Part shown: one piece after another, positions 15,401 to 30,200 of the stretch
How the letters are laid out: every line of letters begins with the position of its first letter
Numbering within the stretch: position 1 is the first letter of the stretch
From: Antedon mediterranea
Lineage: Eukaryota; Animalia; Echinodermata
NCBI RefSeq assembly: GCF_964355755.1
Contig: NC_092671.1
Coordinates: forward strand, 8,060,001-8,124,000
Direction: 5' to 3'
DNA length: 64,000 nt
The notes under the pieces: generated by a model
Databases searched by the model: none
Seen by the model: the letters and a program-made list of their open reading frames with translations, nothing else
What the model was told of the DNA's origin: nothing
Program-made: the position numbers and the translations under genes

Positions 15401-16379
15401 AGTTACATGTACGAAGACATGTTAACCTAGTAAAGTGGTCGATTGGAAGTCACCGGCAATATCATTATCAGTTAAGGTTCTGTATCTTATTGTGTTGAAT
15501 AAATTATCAATTTCATTTCACATAACTATATAAAAGAAAGTGTGTAAATAGGCCTACATTCAACAATATTATTTTATGATTATTTTATTTTTGGGAGAAA
15601 ACTCCCCAAAGCATGAAAAATAAAGATGAAAACAATGAAACTGTGAATAGGGCGTAGTAATAATAACATTATTTAAGTTTGTGGGAAAAAAATAATAATG
15701 ACTCCCCTTAAGTTATAAAAATATAGACAAACGTTTAACATTTTAACCAGAAGCCTATTGACTTCCATAACTAAAATCTTGTTGAAAATATATTGTAGTG
15801 AAGCATATTTTAATAAACAGCCCATCAAATACTGTAGGCCTAAATATACTTTAATTATTAATGTGATAATACACGCAGTTCTGTGTATTGTTAGCCTATA
15901 ATATCCTGTACAAATGACCTATAACTATTATTAAAGCCATTAGTTACATGGCTACAATACACGTTTCCATTTTTCCTATAGACTAGTTCTAATAAAAATG
16001 AACTAAACATTAAGACTGTTTTCATTTCATAAGTATTAATTATGTGATAATTTCAAAACCACTTGAGTTATGATCGGAAAGTTCATTCTATAAGAAAATG
16101 TCAGTTATAATAATAGATTATAATCCTCGTCTTAAAACGTAATATCCTTTTAGGTATTATTACTTATGTGACTGTCTTTATGGCGAGTTCGCTTTTTTGT
16201 ATATTATATTATTTAAATTGCTATTTCCCATGGCATTATACAAAAACCATCATACATCCGCTTCAAATAGATTTGTTAACAGTACTGTTTTGAATATAAT
16301 ACCGGATCTTTTCTTGTTCGGTTATGTTCCTATTATTTTTATAATTGTTATCAAAGTTACATAATCATGTCTTCAGTGA

Positions 16380-16567
16380 TTCAATCCTATCATCATAGTG
16401 CATTATCACAATCAAGGGTATCTTCGCGATCGCTATCACCATCATCATCCATCATGATTATCAACGTCATATTCACAATTATCTTCATGTCATCATCATT
16501 TTCTTCATATAATCTTCACTATATAATCTCCGGACATCGTCACCATCACCATCATCATTATCATCAC
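16380..16567 (+). repeat. Degenerate (CAT)n low-complexity tract
   Basis: Runs of CATCATCAT / CACCATCAC. Confidence 0.75.
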
Positions 16568-16813
16568 AATCTTTTTTTCTTCTTCTTTTTTTAAATCCCC
16601 CTTCCTCGCAAATGGCTAATTAAAAACAGTGAATTTATATATGTTGATTTTGTTTTATTTTTTCGACATCATTGTTTTCACCATATTATTACCACAATCT
16701 TGTTTTTTTTTCTTCTTTTTGATCACCTTCATCGCAAATGGTTAATTAAAAACAGTGAATTATATATGTTATTTTGTATCTTTTTTTTCCACATCATTGT
16801 TTTCATCATTATT
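16563..16813 (+). repeat. Diverged tandem duplication, about 125-bp unit x2, in the Hox5 intron
   Basis: CACAATCTT...TCGCAAATGG(C/T)TAATTAAAAACAGTGAATT...ACATCATTGTTTTCA occurs twice head to tail. Confidence 0.9.
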
Positions 16814-17652
16814 ATCATCATTTTGATAATTAAATTATTCTTCTTTATCATCCTTAACCGTTTATCATCGTCAGCATTATCAATGAATACCAATTTCTGT
16901 TTAGCGCTTATTATTTTGCAATAACTGTATTATTCTACTTAAGGATAAATAGCATTAAGTCAAGTACAATAACTCTAATTCCATCCAACTTAGAAAATAC
17001 TCGTCTCCTCCTCTTATATTCAAGTTACTTTAGTTTATCTTAGCATTTCTTATTTTGTTAGCCACTGATTACGAATACAATTCTATCTTCAATTTCCAGT
17101 AGCGTGTAAAATAGTTAGAACAACACTAAAGTAGTTCGAGGCGGACGTAAATTGTGTTGCGACGGACTTAGTTCAGCGCTACTTACAATCCTATCAAGCA
17201 AAAATATTAATCTCCAAATTACTCTCCAAAAATTGTAAATCTAATATCGATTAAAATTAAACCAAGGATGGGACTGCCTTTGCTATTATGCTCATATTTA
17301 TGAGTGAAGGGCCATTAAAAAAGAAAACTACATATTTTTGTTTACGTTTTACGAACATTTTTGTTTTGTACGAAGTATTCTGTGTAGGCCTACATATCAT
17401 TTTTGCATTCAATTCATAACGGTTGAATATTAATACCAAAATCAATCTGTGGACCTATTATAGATAGATTATTTAAAATAAATGATGTAAAATGTAGTTA
17501 TTTTTACAAAAATTTGGAAATATTACAGTTGGGTCAATCGGAAACAAACATCTTTAAGAGTAGGCCTATACTGGTACTTCTTGTTTTTACCATGCATACT
17601 ATATAAATATTATTATTATGTTTAATATCTAATATGTTTTTGTTCAATTTAG

Positions 17653-17927
17653 GTATTAGCAGCATAGAGCCAGCCAAACGATCACGCACAGCTTACACTC
17701 GTTACCAAACACTAGAATTAGAGAAAGAATTCCATTTCAACCGGTATTTAACAAGAAGGCGGCGTATAGAGATCGCTCACTCTCTCGGCCTAACAGAACG
17801 ACAAATCAAAATATGGTTTCAAAACAGAAGAATGAAATGGAAGAAAGAACACAATGTTAAAAGTATCTCCCAACTAATGGCACAAGAATCCTCTACAACG
17901 GTGGAAACACCAACCGCATTACAATGA
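17653..17927 (+). CDS. Hox5: Hox5 coding exon 2 (homeodomain 17673-17852)
   Basis: Acceptor TTTAG|GT restores the frame (G+GT=Gly). Homeodomain [60 protein letters not shown], followed by NVKSISQL. The RTAYTRYQT and KKEH residues are PG5-type. Spliced CDS is 723 nt = 240 aa. Confidence 0.96.
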
Positions 17928-18300
17928 ACTTAACATTTGTTTTAAAGAACTACTTAAAAGTAACCTTATTATAAAGTTATTGCAAGTTGAGATGAAACGA
18001 AGCCGTGGTACAAACGTGTTCCGATCCGTGTTCCGAACAAGGTGTTGGACGAAAGATGACAGGACTCACGATTATCATCTCTCACACTGCTGATTATGTT
18101 TATTTTGAAAGAAAGTAAGGCGGCATTTTATTTTTAAGCCACGTTTTGTTTACTGTATAATTACAGTATCCCCGTGAATATATTACCCCTGTGTATAAGT
18201 CTTTACAACGAATAACTGGTGTGTTTAAAATACTTATTTCACATTCATTTTAATTGTTGATTATATAAAACCAAACATTATGTACATTCAATTCAACTCA

Positions 18301-18306
18301 AATAAA
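18301..18306 (+). terminator. Candidate Hox5 polyadenylation signal
   Basis: AATAAA about 375 nt after the stop codon, with TGTA upstream (18281) and T-rich sequence downstream. Confidence 0.55.
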
Positions 18307-21300
18307 ACAATCCTCTTTTTCCTTTTAAAGGATTTGTTTTAATTTTTGTTAGAATAATTAAACAGAAGGATACGTATTTTAAATTGGTAAAAATTAAGTT
18401 TTTTATTCCTCACATTTTTTATATTTCCTAATGTAAAAACTTAAAAGACCGAACAATTGCTATTGTTAAATTTATTTTTACGTACTTAATTGTAATTAAT
18501 TACTTTGTTATTCAACTTACTGATTGTTAAGCTTGTTGGAGTAATTTTGTTTTTTTATATTTAACACCGTCCCAAGTGAAATAACAATCTTAGACAATTC
18601 GGTGCCTGTCACTTGTAAAACAGAGTCACGGATCGCTCAACATGCAACGAGCATCTGAAAATTATAGACAAGTTGTACAATTTAAATAATTGCAGTCCAA
18701 TCTGCGATTTAGATAATTTCTCCTATTTTCATAGAATTCGATTATTTCTGATTGAGCACGACACTGGTTATTCTCATGTATTGAGTTTGTAAACGCCTGG
18801 AGACTACAGCGTTTTCAGCCTATAAAGTTGATTTTGCCTGCGGTGAACACGTCCTCTACGTATAGAGTAATCATTATTGAAATCGTTGCCGCGGGAGATT
18901 TCTTATAAACAGTGATTGTCAGCAACGCGGCTTATTCCTAACGGGCCTAGCGTACTGAACATCGTTTTACTGTAACAACTTTCTTGAATCAAGCTTGGCT
19001 CAGATTACATTTGATTTCTAAATTGATAAATACATGATGAATTAATCGGCTCAACAGATGATATTCGATATGCCGTTTAACAACAACATTTTAGTATTAA
19101 GTGAAAACAATCAAATGGAAATCTAACTATACTTAAAGAGCACAACATGTCATAATAAGTAACATGATCTAATTGTTGGTAATAAATACATAATTATTTA
19201 TTTAAAACACAGAAATATATAGAAATGATTTGTATTTAATTTAGGCCTATTAACAGCACGATGCTGACTATTACCCAAAAGACAGGGAGCTGAGTACCAT
19301 TGTTTATTCAGAATCGATTGAAGCAAAAGAGTGTATCATTTCAACAAAAACAATGTCATCAGTTTCAATTTTCTAGATGTTTATATCTTAATGAGAAGGT
19401 GTGATAACTGGATTTCAATTTTACAACTCAATTTACATTACAAATTCTAGGCCATTCCATCCGATAACAATAGCGAATCCATTATCATTGTCCTCGACTC
19501 TCAAAGAAATGTGTTAAATTTTACGCTATTATTTCCATATATTTTGTTGTAATTAATGATATTTCAATTTTTCATTAAAAAAAAGATTTATAATTTTAAA
19601 AAGGTGAAACATTCCAACATAATATGACAAAATAATTATTCCATCATAAATGAAGAAATAAAAAGATGTGCATAAAAGGTTATCATTATCAACGCATGTG
19701 GCGTGTACGAGCGCGTACATAATAATTGGTTGTCATAATTACAAGCGCGTCAATAACAGTTCCTTCAATATAATTTACAATAATTTAATCATTATTTTTT
19801 TACAGTGTTATTTATTATTTTATAAGATTATTTAAATGTAGCAACTGATTTTAATGGTGCCAAATGTTATACAACCATAGTTTTCAAAAACATTGTAGTT
19901 AAGTATTTATAATTGTCATTTTTGTTGTAAATAATGAATTATTTTCAATGAAAACTAGAGTACTGTAAATTGGGACGAGATTGTGTTAACATTGGTGTTT
20001 ATACTTTATTGATAGTGTTATTTAATTTACTAATGCTGCAAATTGTAAAAGTTCTCCTTCTAATTTAATAGCCTTTTTAAAATGAGAAAAAATAGACCCT
20101 CTTTGATACTAACACCGCTTATTTCAAGAAGTCCTCCAGTTGGCGGAAGTTAACGAACACAACGTCTGCCCGAGAATAACAATGGTATATTTATCCTATT
20201 TGGAAAGGAGAGTGTGGGAGAGGAACCTTCTGTATTTTGTAAATGATCTTTCGAAGTATATTTTTTAATTAATGAATTATTTTATATCAGATGTACAGTT
20301 TTAACATTAAGTTAAGATAATTAATTACTTAAAAGGAATATAATGCTTATAAACTGTCCCCAGTTTTTAATACAATACTTAAATTGACTGCCACCCAGCG
20401 TCTTAATGCGTGCGCCTTTTCAACAAAGTGTTGATAACCAATGTCAGTTTTAGGTCAAATGATAATAAGTATAATGTAATGTTATTTATTTAAACATGTG
20501 AGTGTATACAGTTCTAACATTAGCAATATTTTGGACACAAACTACCCAGAACCACAGCCTAGTCACAGAATAACAGGTGTAACATTTCTATGAATATATA
20601 ATTAGTTAGAGGAGTCGTGTGAAAAGAAACTACGACTACGTGATGGAACGCGCTGGTGTGCGTACTACTAATTTCCATTGACGTGTTACTTTCTGGAGTT
20701 AACGACGTTTTTATTCAAATCGGAAGCGTTGCTCAACCGTTTTTGTTTCTATAAGCATTTACGATATGGATATTCCTAGCATGTATTAGCTGTTCTTGTT
20801 GATTAATGCTGATTCGTAGACAAATCAATTAAGAGATAATATAAATATATCTTCGCTCTATAAACTACTCCTTGTATTAATTTTTGTATGAATCAATTTA
20901 TATACGAGTTGGTGTATTTGATTGTATACGTCTAATGATACTAAATTGGCTCAAATGTCACCAACTAGACTTTAAATATCACTTATCTCACATTTTGTTT
21001 TGTCAAAACTTAATTAACCACATAATGTGAAAATTAGAGAATGTATTAACAACCTATAATATATAAAATTGGTGTTAAAAAACCTATAATTCGTTTGAAT
21101 AATGTTACGGTATAATATAATGTTGTCATGATAGACAAGAAATATTTTTTTATTTAAATAAAGTTTACAATTGTGAATTATGTTATAAGACCTGTTTCGA
21201 TTGTGTTGAATCAGAATTGGTAAAAGAAAACTATTGGCCTATGTTGAATCAATGAGAAAATATGTGTGTACATCAATACTCTTGTGTGACCTTTTTATGG

Positions 21301-22529
21301 ACAATCCAATGCTCAAATTGAATTTGAGATTTTTTACTCATGTCATGACTGATAGGTTTGCTGAATAAGATTATGGAATCATGTCTGTCAGTAAAAAGAT
21401 TTTTCTTTTAAAATAAAAAAAAAACAAGATGAGTATCTTTTAATAGTAGTAATTTGGTTGTAGCATTACAAATAATTATTCTTACAATTAATTTACAAAT
21501 AATGTTTCTATAATTATGTATAATCTAAAAAATAAAATGTAACAAGTTTATGTCAATAAAGACTATAATGAATGATCACATAAATTGAAAAACCCCCGTT
21601 TTTTTTCATTTTTAGATTCATTAAGTGTTAGGCCTATAGAAAATCTATACGTAATATGATGTATTGTTATAAAACAACTGAAATACACTTACAAACAACC
21701 ATTGAATTTATGATGTTTAATTAAATTATTTCTGTAATATAACAATCTTTAACCATGTAGACATTAGTACCTTTCTCGTACCGCCGAAAAAGCCATTCCC
21801 TATTTTTTTAGAATTCAAAATAAATCTTAAAAATAAATAAATGTTGATGTAAATAGTCAGAAGGGTATTTCTATTTGTGTGTAATTCAATTGTAAAAAAT
21901 GTATTATTAATTAATGGTGAGTGCTGCAAAAATGGTGAGTTCATTCATTCTGTCAACGTTAGGGTTTAGTGTTATCAGGTGATACAACGTCATTCTTTTT
22001 CATAGCAAATAAATTATTCGTACTTGTTTTGCAAATGTTGGTTATTATTATGTTATGTGTTTAAAGTTCTCATGAAAGGGGAACTATAGAATATTATCAC
22101 GTACATTTCTGTAGGTCATGATCATATTGAATAAATAATACAAGCTGCTATTAGAAGATGATACAGCATTTAAAAGCTATAAGTTCAACTGAAATTATTT
22201 AGGGGTCTGGGGCAGATGTAAGACAACAATGCAAATAGATTCTTTGCATTAAGATATATTAACATTAGAAGTACAGAAACGTCTAGTGTTTCATGATAAT
22301 AATACCGTGGTCACAAAAGTCGTATACAATAATAGTCAATCAACGGAATGTTCAGCTGAACTGTACCTCAAATGAATCGTATATCCATTTGACATAACTG
22401 TTTACAATGAAATAGGCCTATAATATAAATGTGTGCCACACTGACAATGGAGTTCTATGTATTGGAAAGTTCTCACGTGCCTATAACAAACAGCAACGAT
22501 GATATATACAATTCGCAACACACATGACA

Positions 22530-22560
22530 GGGGTGGAAGAGGGGGGAGGGGGGGGGGGGG
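22530..22560 (+). repeat. Poly-G tract (G-quadruplex capable)
   Basis: GGGGTGGAAGAGGGGGGA followed by G13. Confidence 0.85.
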
Positions 22561-22720
22561 TTGTTGAAGTGCAAAACAATTATTGCTAAAAAGTCTAATG
22601 GCCATAAAAATGAGCCAATTGACAGCGCGTGTAATAATAATGATGCTTTAATAAAAATAGTTTACGGAATATATACAAAATAAAAACCAAAACTCCAATT
22701 CTCATGCTGATGCTGCCGTT

Positions 22721-22763
22721 GATAATGATGTATGATGATGATGATGATGATAATGATGATGAT
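22721..22763 (+). repeat. (GAT)n imperfect microsatellite
   Basis: GATGATGAT run with interruptions. Confidence 0.85.
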
Positions 22764-25700
22764 TAGAAAATGCTTACGTGCACGTCATTTTTATTTGAAA
22801 AAATCCTAAATTTGTATTTGCATTCCAAAACTCATGAATGGATAATATATTCATCTGTTTGTAATGTTTAATTATTCATAAGGAGAGAGAAAAAAACATT
22901 CTCATTTATCATAGAATGACGTATTTTAATCAAATTAAAAGCATACTTATATAATGTCTAAATGCAAAGAAAAACGCTCAATAGATCAAAACAATATTTT
23001 TTTAAAACTTGGTATGTATTATAATGGGTAATAAATCACAGTGGATTAAAAGCAAGATTATCTGTTGATAGGGTTACAAGATGTAATGCATCCATAAACC
23101 ACTAAAGTAAAATACTACTAGTTCTCTATATGCTAATCCTGTTCTGTAGTTTTTCCCAAACATTTTGTTGTTGTTATATCATGGAGTAAATATACATCGC
23201 AGTAATGCACTAATCTTCTTATTTGGTTTCGATTAATTATCGTTGTACTTTTTGAAAACACAAATTTATCCGATTACTATTAATTTACAAAGTGTTCCGT
23301 TTGATTATATGATTTTTATAATAGGTCCTTAATCAAGTCCATTTGTTTAAACGACTATAGATGTTCCTGCGGCTATAACATACTTTACGCAATTATTATG
23401 ATTGCGGGCATTACAGCATTAATTAAGAATTGGAATCGTGGTAAACTCCGGATTACAAAGAGAATATAAATTAACCGTTTACTTATTGAAATATAAAGAG
23501 ATAAATTATAAACAAACTATAAATTGAGGTCCAAAATTAAGGTTTCGGATATACTTATTTATAATGTGTTATTGTAGGCCTATTTGTTTTCCAAACCGTT
23601 TACCGTTAACCTTATATTATCATTGATAATAATCCTATTATTGTCCAATATTATTTTTCGTCATCATCATCATCATAATCATCACAATCCGCAAACTATA
23701 CGGTACGATTTGATTATGGTTTTATATTGATAGGCCTATACATAATCATTTATCACTATTATAAAAAGAAAAATAATCGCAATAAATGTATTTGTTTATA
23801 TTATTATCGATTAATGTATACGAATTTTTAAATTATAAATTAAGTTAATTTGTTAATACCAACATTAACACACCATATGACTTATCATTACCGTAATTCA
23901 CCACCACTGCGATTTATTAATAAATCTATTTTTCTCAAAATTGACATTAGGCCTAATTATCAAAATAGAATAGCGGCAATATATTATGTGATATTTACTA
24001 GTTTAATTATCAATCACCCAAAATAAAAAAAAATATTTCTAATTACTGAAAGACCTGATTGAATTTAAAAAGGGCAGATCAAAAGACAGAAATTAAACCT
24101 ATGAAAATCTATCGTCATGTTGTTTAGATAATTTCATGCTTGAAGCGCTTCGATAAGTTGAAGATTATATATTTTGATTTTAATCATAAATCAATCCATA
24201 GATTGAACGTTCTTAGAATGGCATTTCTCATTTATCATTTGTAATTCAGACGACCCTCACTTAATATTAAATAGTGCTACATAGTTGCACAATACATGCG
24301 TCATAAACTGTGTATCATATTTTTTTCAGGAAAGAAAGAGTGTAGGCCTATATTTATAAATGTAATTTCATAAAGCATTGCAGTGGGGAATATTGACCAA
24401 TTTGATTTTAATACTAGATACAAATCTTAAAATTGAGGTCAGGGGTTGAAGATGGATTTAGACAATATCAGTTTTTGTAACCAGCATGCTTCAAATATGC
24501 ATAAATAATGGGGTTTTTTGGCTTACGATTTGCACACGAAAACTATTCGATAAGCAATACAATAATAAAGAAACGATAATGGAAAGAAATGGAATGACAA
24601 CCAAATACTGGTCACACAAAAGAAATCATAAGTGATTGAAATGGAACGAATCAACCGATGAAAAAAGAATTTCAACGAAAAGAGATGATTTACTTATGTT
24701 TTGTAGGCTGTATGAATAGAGTTATAAGAGCTACTATAGCTAACAAAATATATATTGGAAGTACAAAATAATCAGTAAGCAGCAGCTCCAGGAAACAACC
24801 TAATCTCAATCTTTTCAAATTCAAATATCAGCGTATAATCTTATTCAAAAATTGACATTTATTTACGCGTATTATCAATTATATATTTCAGTTTATATTT
24901 TGTGCATTCATAGTTCATATACAGTACAGAATAACATAGAGAAAACAATTATTACATAAATGGGCCTACATTTTTATTATAATTATAAATGTTGTATTTT
25001 ATTATGCATTTTAAATGAATATTCATGTTAAGCAATACAGATATAGTTAATTATGCCTCTCAATCATGGGGATTCTTAGGCTTCCAACATCATACCAAAA
25101 TATCCACTTAGCTCATGATTTTTAGGCCTACAATCATTCAAATAAAAGTACATTATGATAAATTAATTGCTTAAAAAACTACGTTGTTTGTTGAAGCAAC
25201 AATAACTAATATTTCGTTGTTTTGCCACGAGTCAACAAGCGTCAACGCGCGAACTTCATTACGTTTCTCTGAAGTCGTTCTATTGTTAAATTTCCCTATT
25301 CAATTTGACCTTGGCAATTGACGCGTCCGCCAACAAATCAGAGCCCATTCATGTGACCTTATCCTTGTTTTTTATTAATAGTTTCTGAAATAGGCCTACG
25401 CATTCACGTTTATCTTCATGTCAATTTTTAGCCCACTGTTCCTTTTCACCGGTGTTTTGTGTCAAAACGCGTGGACACGCGTGCGTTTGACTGACACGAA
25501 CGGTTATTGCATGAGATCATGATTAAAAACTGGGTAAAATTAATGTTTTTTTGAGGAACAAGCAGAATGTCATTGGCTTCCGGCGGATCATGTTTGAAGT
25601 TGGCACTTAATGATGAATGATGGTGTCTTATTCAGTAGGTCTAAAACACAATAATGATATTTTTGCATAATAAATCAAATCTGCCTAAACCGCGTTCATT

Positions 25701-27227
25701 GGTTATTGTTACAGTTGATTAACGGGTAATTTTGCGATATGCTGCTTATAACAATGTTTCCATAACCTCAGCAGCGAAACAGTAACGAAAATAGTATATA
25801 TATAAATTCTAAGGTGTAGTGGTTGAATCAATGAAGATTACTAATTGAATTCGTACAGTTACAAAAGGGTATTACGGTAGATAATGATGTCTCAATTACG
25901 GAGGGTTGGTATATGCCTTAGGAGCTGTATCATTTCTTTTCGGCACGTCGGAAGTTCGTTTTGCAACTCATAAGTTTCTCTCTCAATCATACAGCGCAAT
26001 GATCCGTATCATCTACCCAAAGGGCTTTCGTAAAGTATGGCTAAGGGATACAGAAAAAAATGAATGCGTTATTTACGGTCCATTTGTTAAACAATTCTCT
26101 GCGGGAAAGATGTTGACGTCTTTATTCAAATATATAGCTTATAAAAAATATATACATCTTACTATATGAAACATAAATTTTATGAGAAATATATATATCA
26201 TTCTAATAATTTAACAACAAAAAACACAAAAAACCAATAATATGATAACATCTCATTTAGATAAGGGTGAGGTACATATTAATTAAATAACGTATGGTTT
26301 GTAGGGAGGCTTACAAAAAATGTACCTAAACACAATAAAATTTACGCAGGCAATACCATTTCAGATGTTAATAAATAATACAAATAACGATGATAATGAT
26401 GAATAAAGTACTTTTTGTAATGATGATAACGAAGATGATAACGATAACAAAAGCGATCGCTTCTTATAGTGATTTTTATTTTATTCTAAATAACATACAG
26501 TATGCCACTGTCTGTAACTTAATTCAAATAAAATGAAATTCTAGTATATATAAGTACAGTAAGTACTTAAGAACAATGATGCTGCCATTTCGGTAATACG
26601 GATTAAAATAAAATTACAATTACACTAAATCTGTACTTCGATTGCTCAGTCATTCAGCATCCGTGTCAGCTAATGTTCATTTTGTAAATTTCCATTTTCT
26701 TTTGTCGTTTTAATATTAACTTGATTGTTTCTGCAATTAAGTATGTCTTATTTCTATATCTACGTCGCATTATCATCTCCATGGTCACTGAGCGCGCGTA
26801 TGACTTTTTCACACCTTCACAGTTGACGCGCCGTACTCATGAATATGTATATAACCATCCAATGTCGATTAACAGACTACAATATTATTCAAGGAGAATT
26901 GATTAAGATACAAAATGAATTTCTGGACATCAATTGTAGTATTAATTTTAGTATTTTATGTGGAACTAAATCTAGTTTAAATTGACAGCGAACCATGTGA
27001 CAGGTGGAGAAGATCATAAAATATTTTAAGGAGCAATATTATTTTATTTAAGACATATATTAACGGATAACAATGCAAAAATAAAAGTTTTGATTCGGCG
27101 GTTAGAAAACCTGCGTTTATAAAAAATTAAAAAAAATATTTTTTCAATAGGCCTTTAATGAACTATCTATTAATATACTAAATAATCTACTAATATAGTT
27201 GAATAAGAATTGATAATTTTATCAGTT

Positions 27228-27295
27228 CATTGGTGGTGGTTAACTTGCTTGCCTTCCAATCCCATGGTCCATAGTTCAATCCTGACCTAGTGCCA
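27228..27295 (+). mobile_element. Degenerate tRNA(Gly-TCC-like)-derived sequence, probably a SINE head
   Basis: A-box-like TGGTGGTGGTTAA, then TGCCTTCCAA (as in the tRNA-Gly-TCC anticodon arm), then B-box-like AGTTCAATCC at 27273-27282. The stems are too decayed for a functional tRNA. Confidence 0.55.
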
Positions 27296-30200
27296 GGGTT
27301 GTAAACTCACGACTCTTTCAACTCCACTCCCTAATCATAAAATGACTTTATAAGCATGATAAATCATAAAATATTTTAAACACACTGTAATTGGCGAGTT
27401 TGTGCTGGATGCGTAGGAAATAAAAAATGATAGTTAAAACGGCTTTTTTGTATTCGTTTAAGGTTGGGTTATGCCTTGCCTAACAATATTACATCCTAGC
27501 AGCCTTTCCCGAGATTTATTTAGTGACGTAAGTAATGGAAATCTAAAAAATGTTATAGACCCTTCGGAATAATAAGTTAGGGCTGGAGACAGTAAAATCG
27601 CAATCACTTCCCTGTACTTTGGATAGTCTTAACGATAAATGATAATTTAATATATCTAAAACTGTTTTAGCATTTTCTTGTTAAATCAAATCTATTTTGC
27701 TTATATTAATTTAATATCTTTCTTCCCTTGTCGTGGACGGATAGAGAACAATGCCATTCAACAAGGTCATTCTCATCCACTGTGTGGCGACAAAATACAA
27801 CAATAACCCAGTCTCAATAAAATACATACATAAATCGAGTAAGAATTATTAATAAACATTTATGACAAGATTAAAGAAAAATAAAATCACCTCCATTTAA
27901 AACCTTTGCATAATGGATATTAAATAGGTGCATTTTCATCATAAATAAGCTATAAAATCATAAATTGAACCGTATATGGAATTAAAACAAAAAATTACCA
28001 GAAATAAATATTATGTTCCAATTTTAGTACATCAACATAAAAAACAAGTGAACGTAAATTACAATAGGGTAATTAGCATCAACATTCGACGACTCTCGAA
28101 TGAAAAGAGAACCCCCCGAGGCTGATATCAATATACCCAATAGGACTATAAAACTACTGTGTCTTAAATACTAGTAAAATACTACATCAAAGAAATCGTT
28201 TGGTTGATAATAATCGTTAATTGTCGGTTGGAGAAAGACGGTAATTGATTGGCTACGGTTACACATTAATTATCATATTTATGATTATGAATTTTGGGTT
28301 GGTTTTATAGTGTCATGTTGTTGTTGTTGTTGTGATTTCTTGTTTGTTATTTTGTGTACGTCGAATAAACAATAATGTTTCATTAACAAATTAAATACCA
28401 CCTCATCATCAGTTTCATTAAATGTATATTATTAAGCCTTTGTCTACACTATCGAACTTTGTGTGACAAAAACACCTGATGTGCCCACATATGGACATAT
28501 CACGACCATAAAGCATAATCACTACCATATTTGGACACATCACACTTTTTCAAACTAGTTTGATAGTGTAGACAGAGCTTTAGGCTTATTATATGTTCTT
28601 CAATCAAAATATTTGATATAAAATAGATTAAGGATGGGGGAATATGTACGGACTGACCCTGTTTTGTTTTAGCTAGCAACCGAAGGGTGTCGCGCAAGCC
28701 GGACGCGCAACGCAAGCAATTTGACTAAATTAAAAGCGAAGAATCAGCCTAACTGTTGATTGTTGCAAATGACCGGGCGGCAAACATCACTGCTGTTTTC
28801 TTGAGTTATATGAATTTATCATTTTTACATGACTGTATACAATTTACATATCGTATTAAATCTTTTTGGCTTATAACATATATCGTGTTAATTCAATTTT
28901 GGAGCTGTGAAAACAGTACTAAGCCAGTCAATGAACTCGAATATAGCTGTCTGTCTTATACACGGCTACAGAAATTCATATTATCCAGAAATGAACCATT
29001 AAGGTAGTATACAGCCTAGTCTACAACGAAGCGCTAATCCTACCAGCTGTTTTGAAAGAACCTGAAATTACTAGTAATAATACAAGTGAAGCGATAGCCA
29101 CGAAGAAAACAAAAGGGCATGGCGCCTTGGTCAGTTTTATACGAACAAACGTCATTACAACTATTAAGAATGGCCGCCGTCATCAGTCTCCGGTTAAAAC
29201 ACACGGAAATGACCAGTCTGATAAGAAACGCCGAACTCATTAAATATATCTTTTATAAAAATTATTTTTATCCAAATTCATTATTTTTAATCACGATAAT
29301 AATTGAAGGTTTTACGTAATTATAAAAAAAGCGGTCAACAGAGAAGATTTTAATGTTTATTATCACGTGGTATAAAATCACCTGCAAAAACTATAATCTT
29401 TAGAACTCAACCCATGTGACTCAGTTTGGAAGAATACTAAATATGATTTGAGTCACACTAAATTATTATCACCTGTATATTTTCTAAAAATTCGTAACAT
29501 AACGCATTGACCATGAATAACTTTTTAAATAATAATTAGCACAAAATACATACTTTAAATGTTAAGATAATGTTTAATGAAATTTATCACTTTAATCGAT
29601 TTGAAAATGACTGACGTAAGACGTATCAACGAAAAAAAGGAAAACTAAAAATACTGATATAATTCTGTGATTATAAGTCCATTTGCATTACGACGTACCG
29701 CACCGTTTTAGCGGTTACGCCTTGTCTCATACCGGTAAGCAGTTAATAAAATCGTATAGGCCTATTTTATTAAAGGCATTTACAGCTAGACGCGTTTCTA
29801 TATGACTTGCGATAGTCGGTTAGAGTCTATTTCGTGACAGCTCCAAATTTTGCGGATGTGTCAATAAAATTGGGTGCAATTTGCGAACGAAGCATGTTTG
29901 GGTCACACAAAAATTACCTTCAAATTATTTTAATCTGGTCATAAACCCGAACTTTTATAACGGATTCTTTCATACTTCTAGAAATTATAATTTCGTTAAA
30001 TTTTCTTTATTAATTTTTAGCCAATCTATTGAAGACGACAATGAAGATAATGATACTCACAGTTTACACCGGTCTGCATACCGTAACAGGTGGAACTACG
30101 GTCAATATCGATCTAAATGTTAACATACTAAACTAACTCATATTTTTTTCAAACATACCATAGTCTATATTATACACTCTTAAACTCGAGGTTGCTTCGG

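Larger units (their letters stand above)
12474..17652 (+). other. Hox5: Hox5 intron (5179 nt, GT-AG, phase 1)
   Basis: GTAAGT...TTTAG between hexapeptide and homeodomain, the standard Hox intron position. Confidence 0.9.

Noticed and set aside
16367-16924. His-rich and hydrophobic ORFs in the Hox5 intron
   Set aside because: Translations of (CAT)n and T-rich repeats.
8763-25540. Shared words CAATTTGACC and ACTGGGTAAAA at 8.8-8.9 kb and 25.3-25.5 kb, as copies of one old transposon
   Set aside because: The intervening sequences do not align by eye; insufficient support.
27228-27295. Functional tRNA-Gly gene
   Set aside because: Acceptor, D and anticodon stems do not pair properly; treated as a SINE-like relic.
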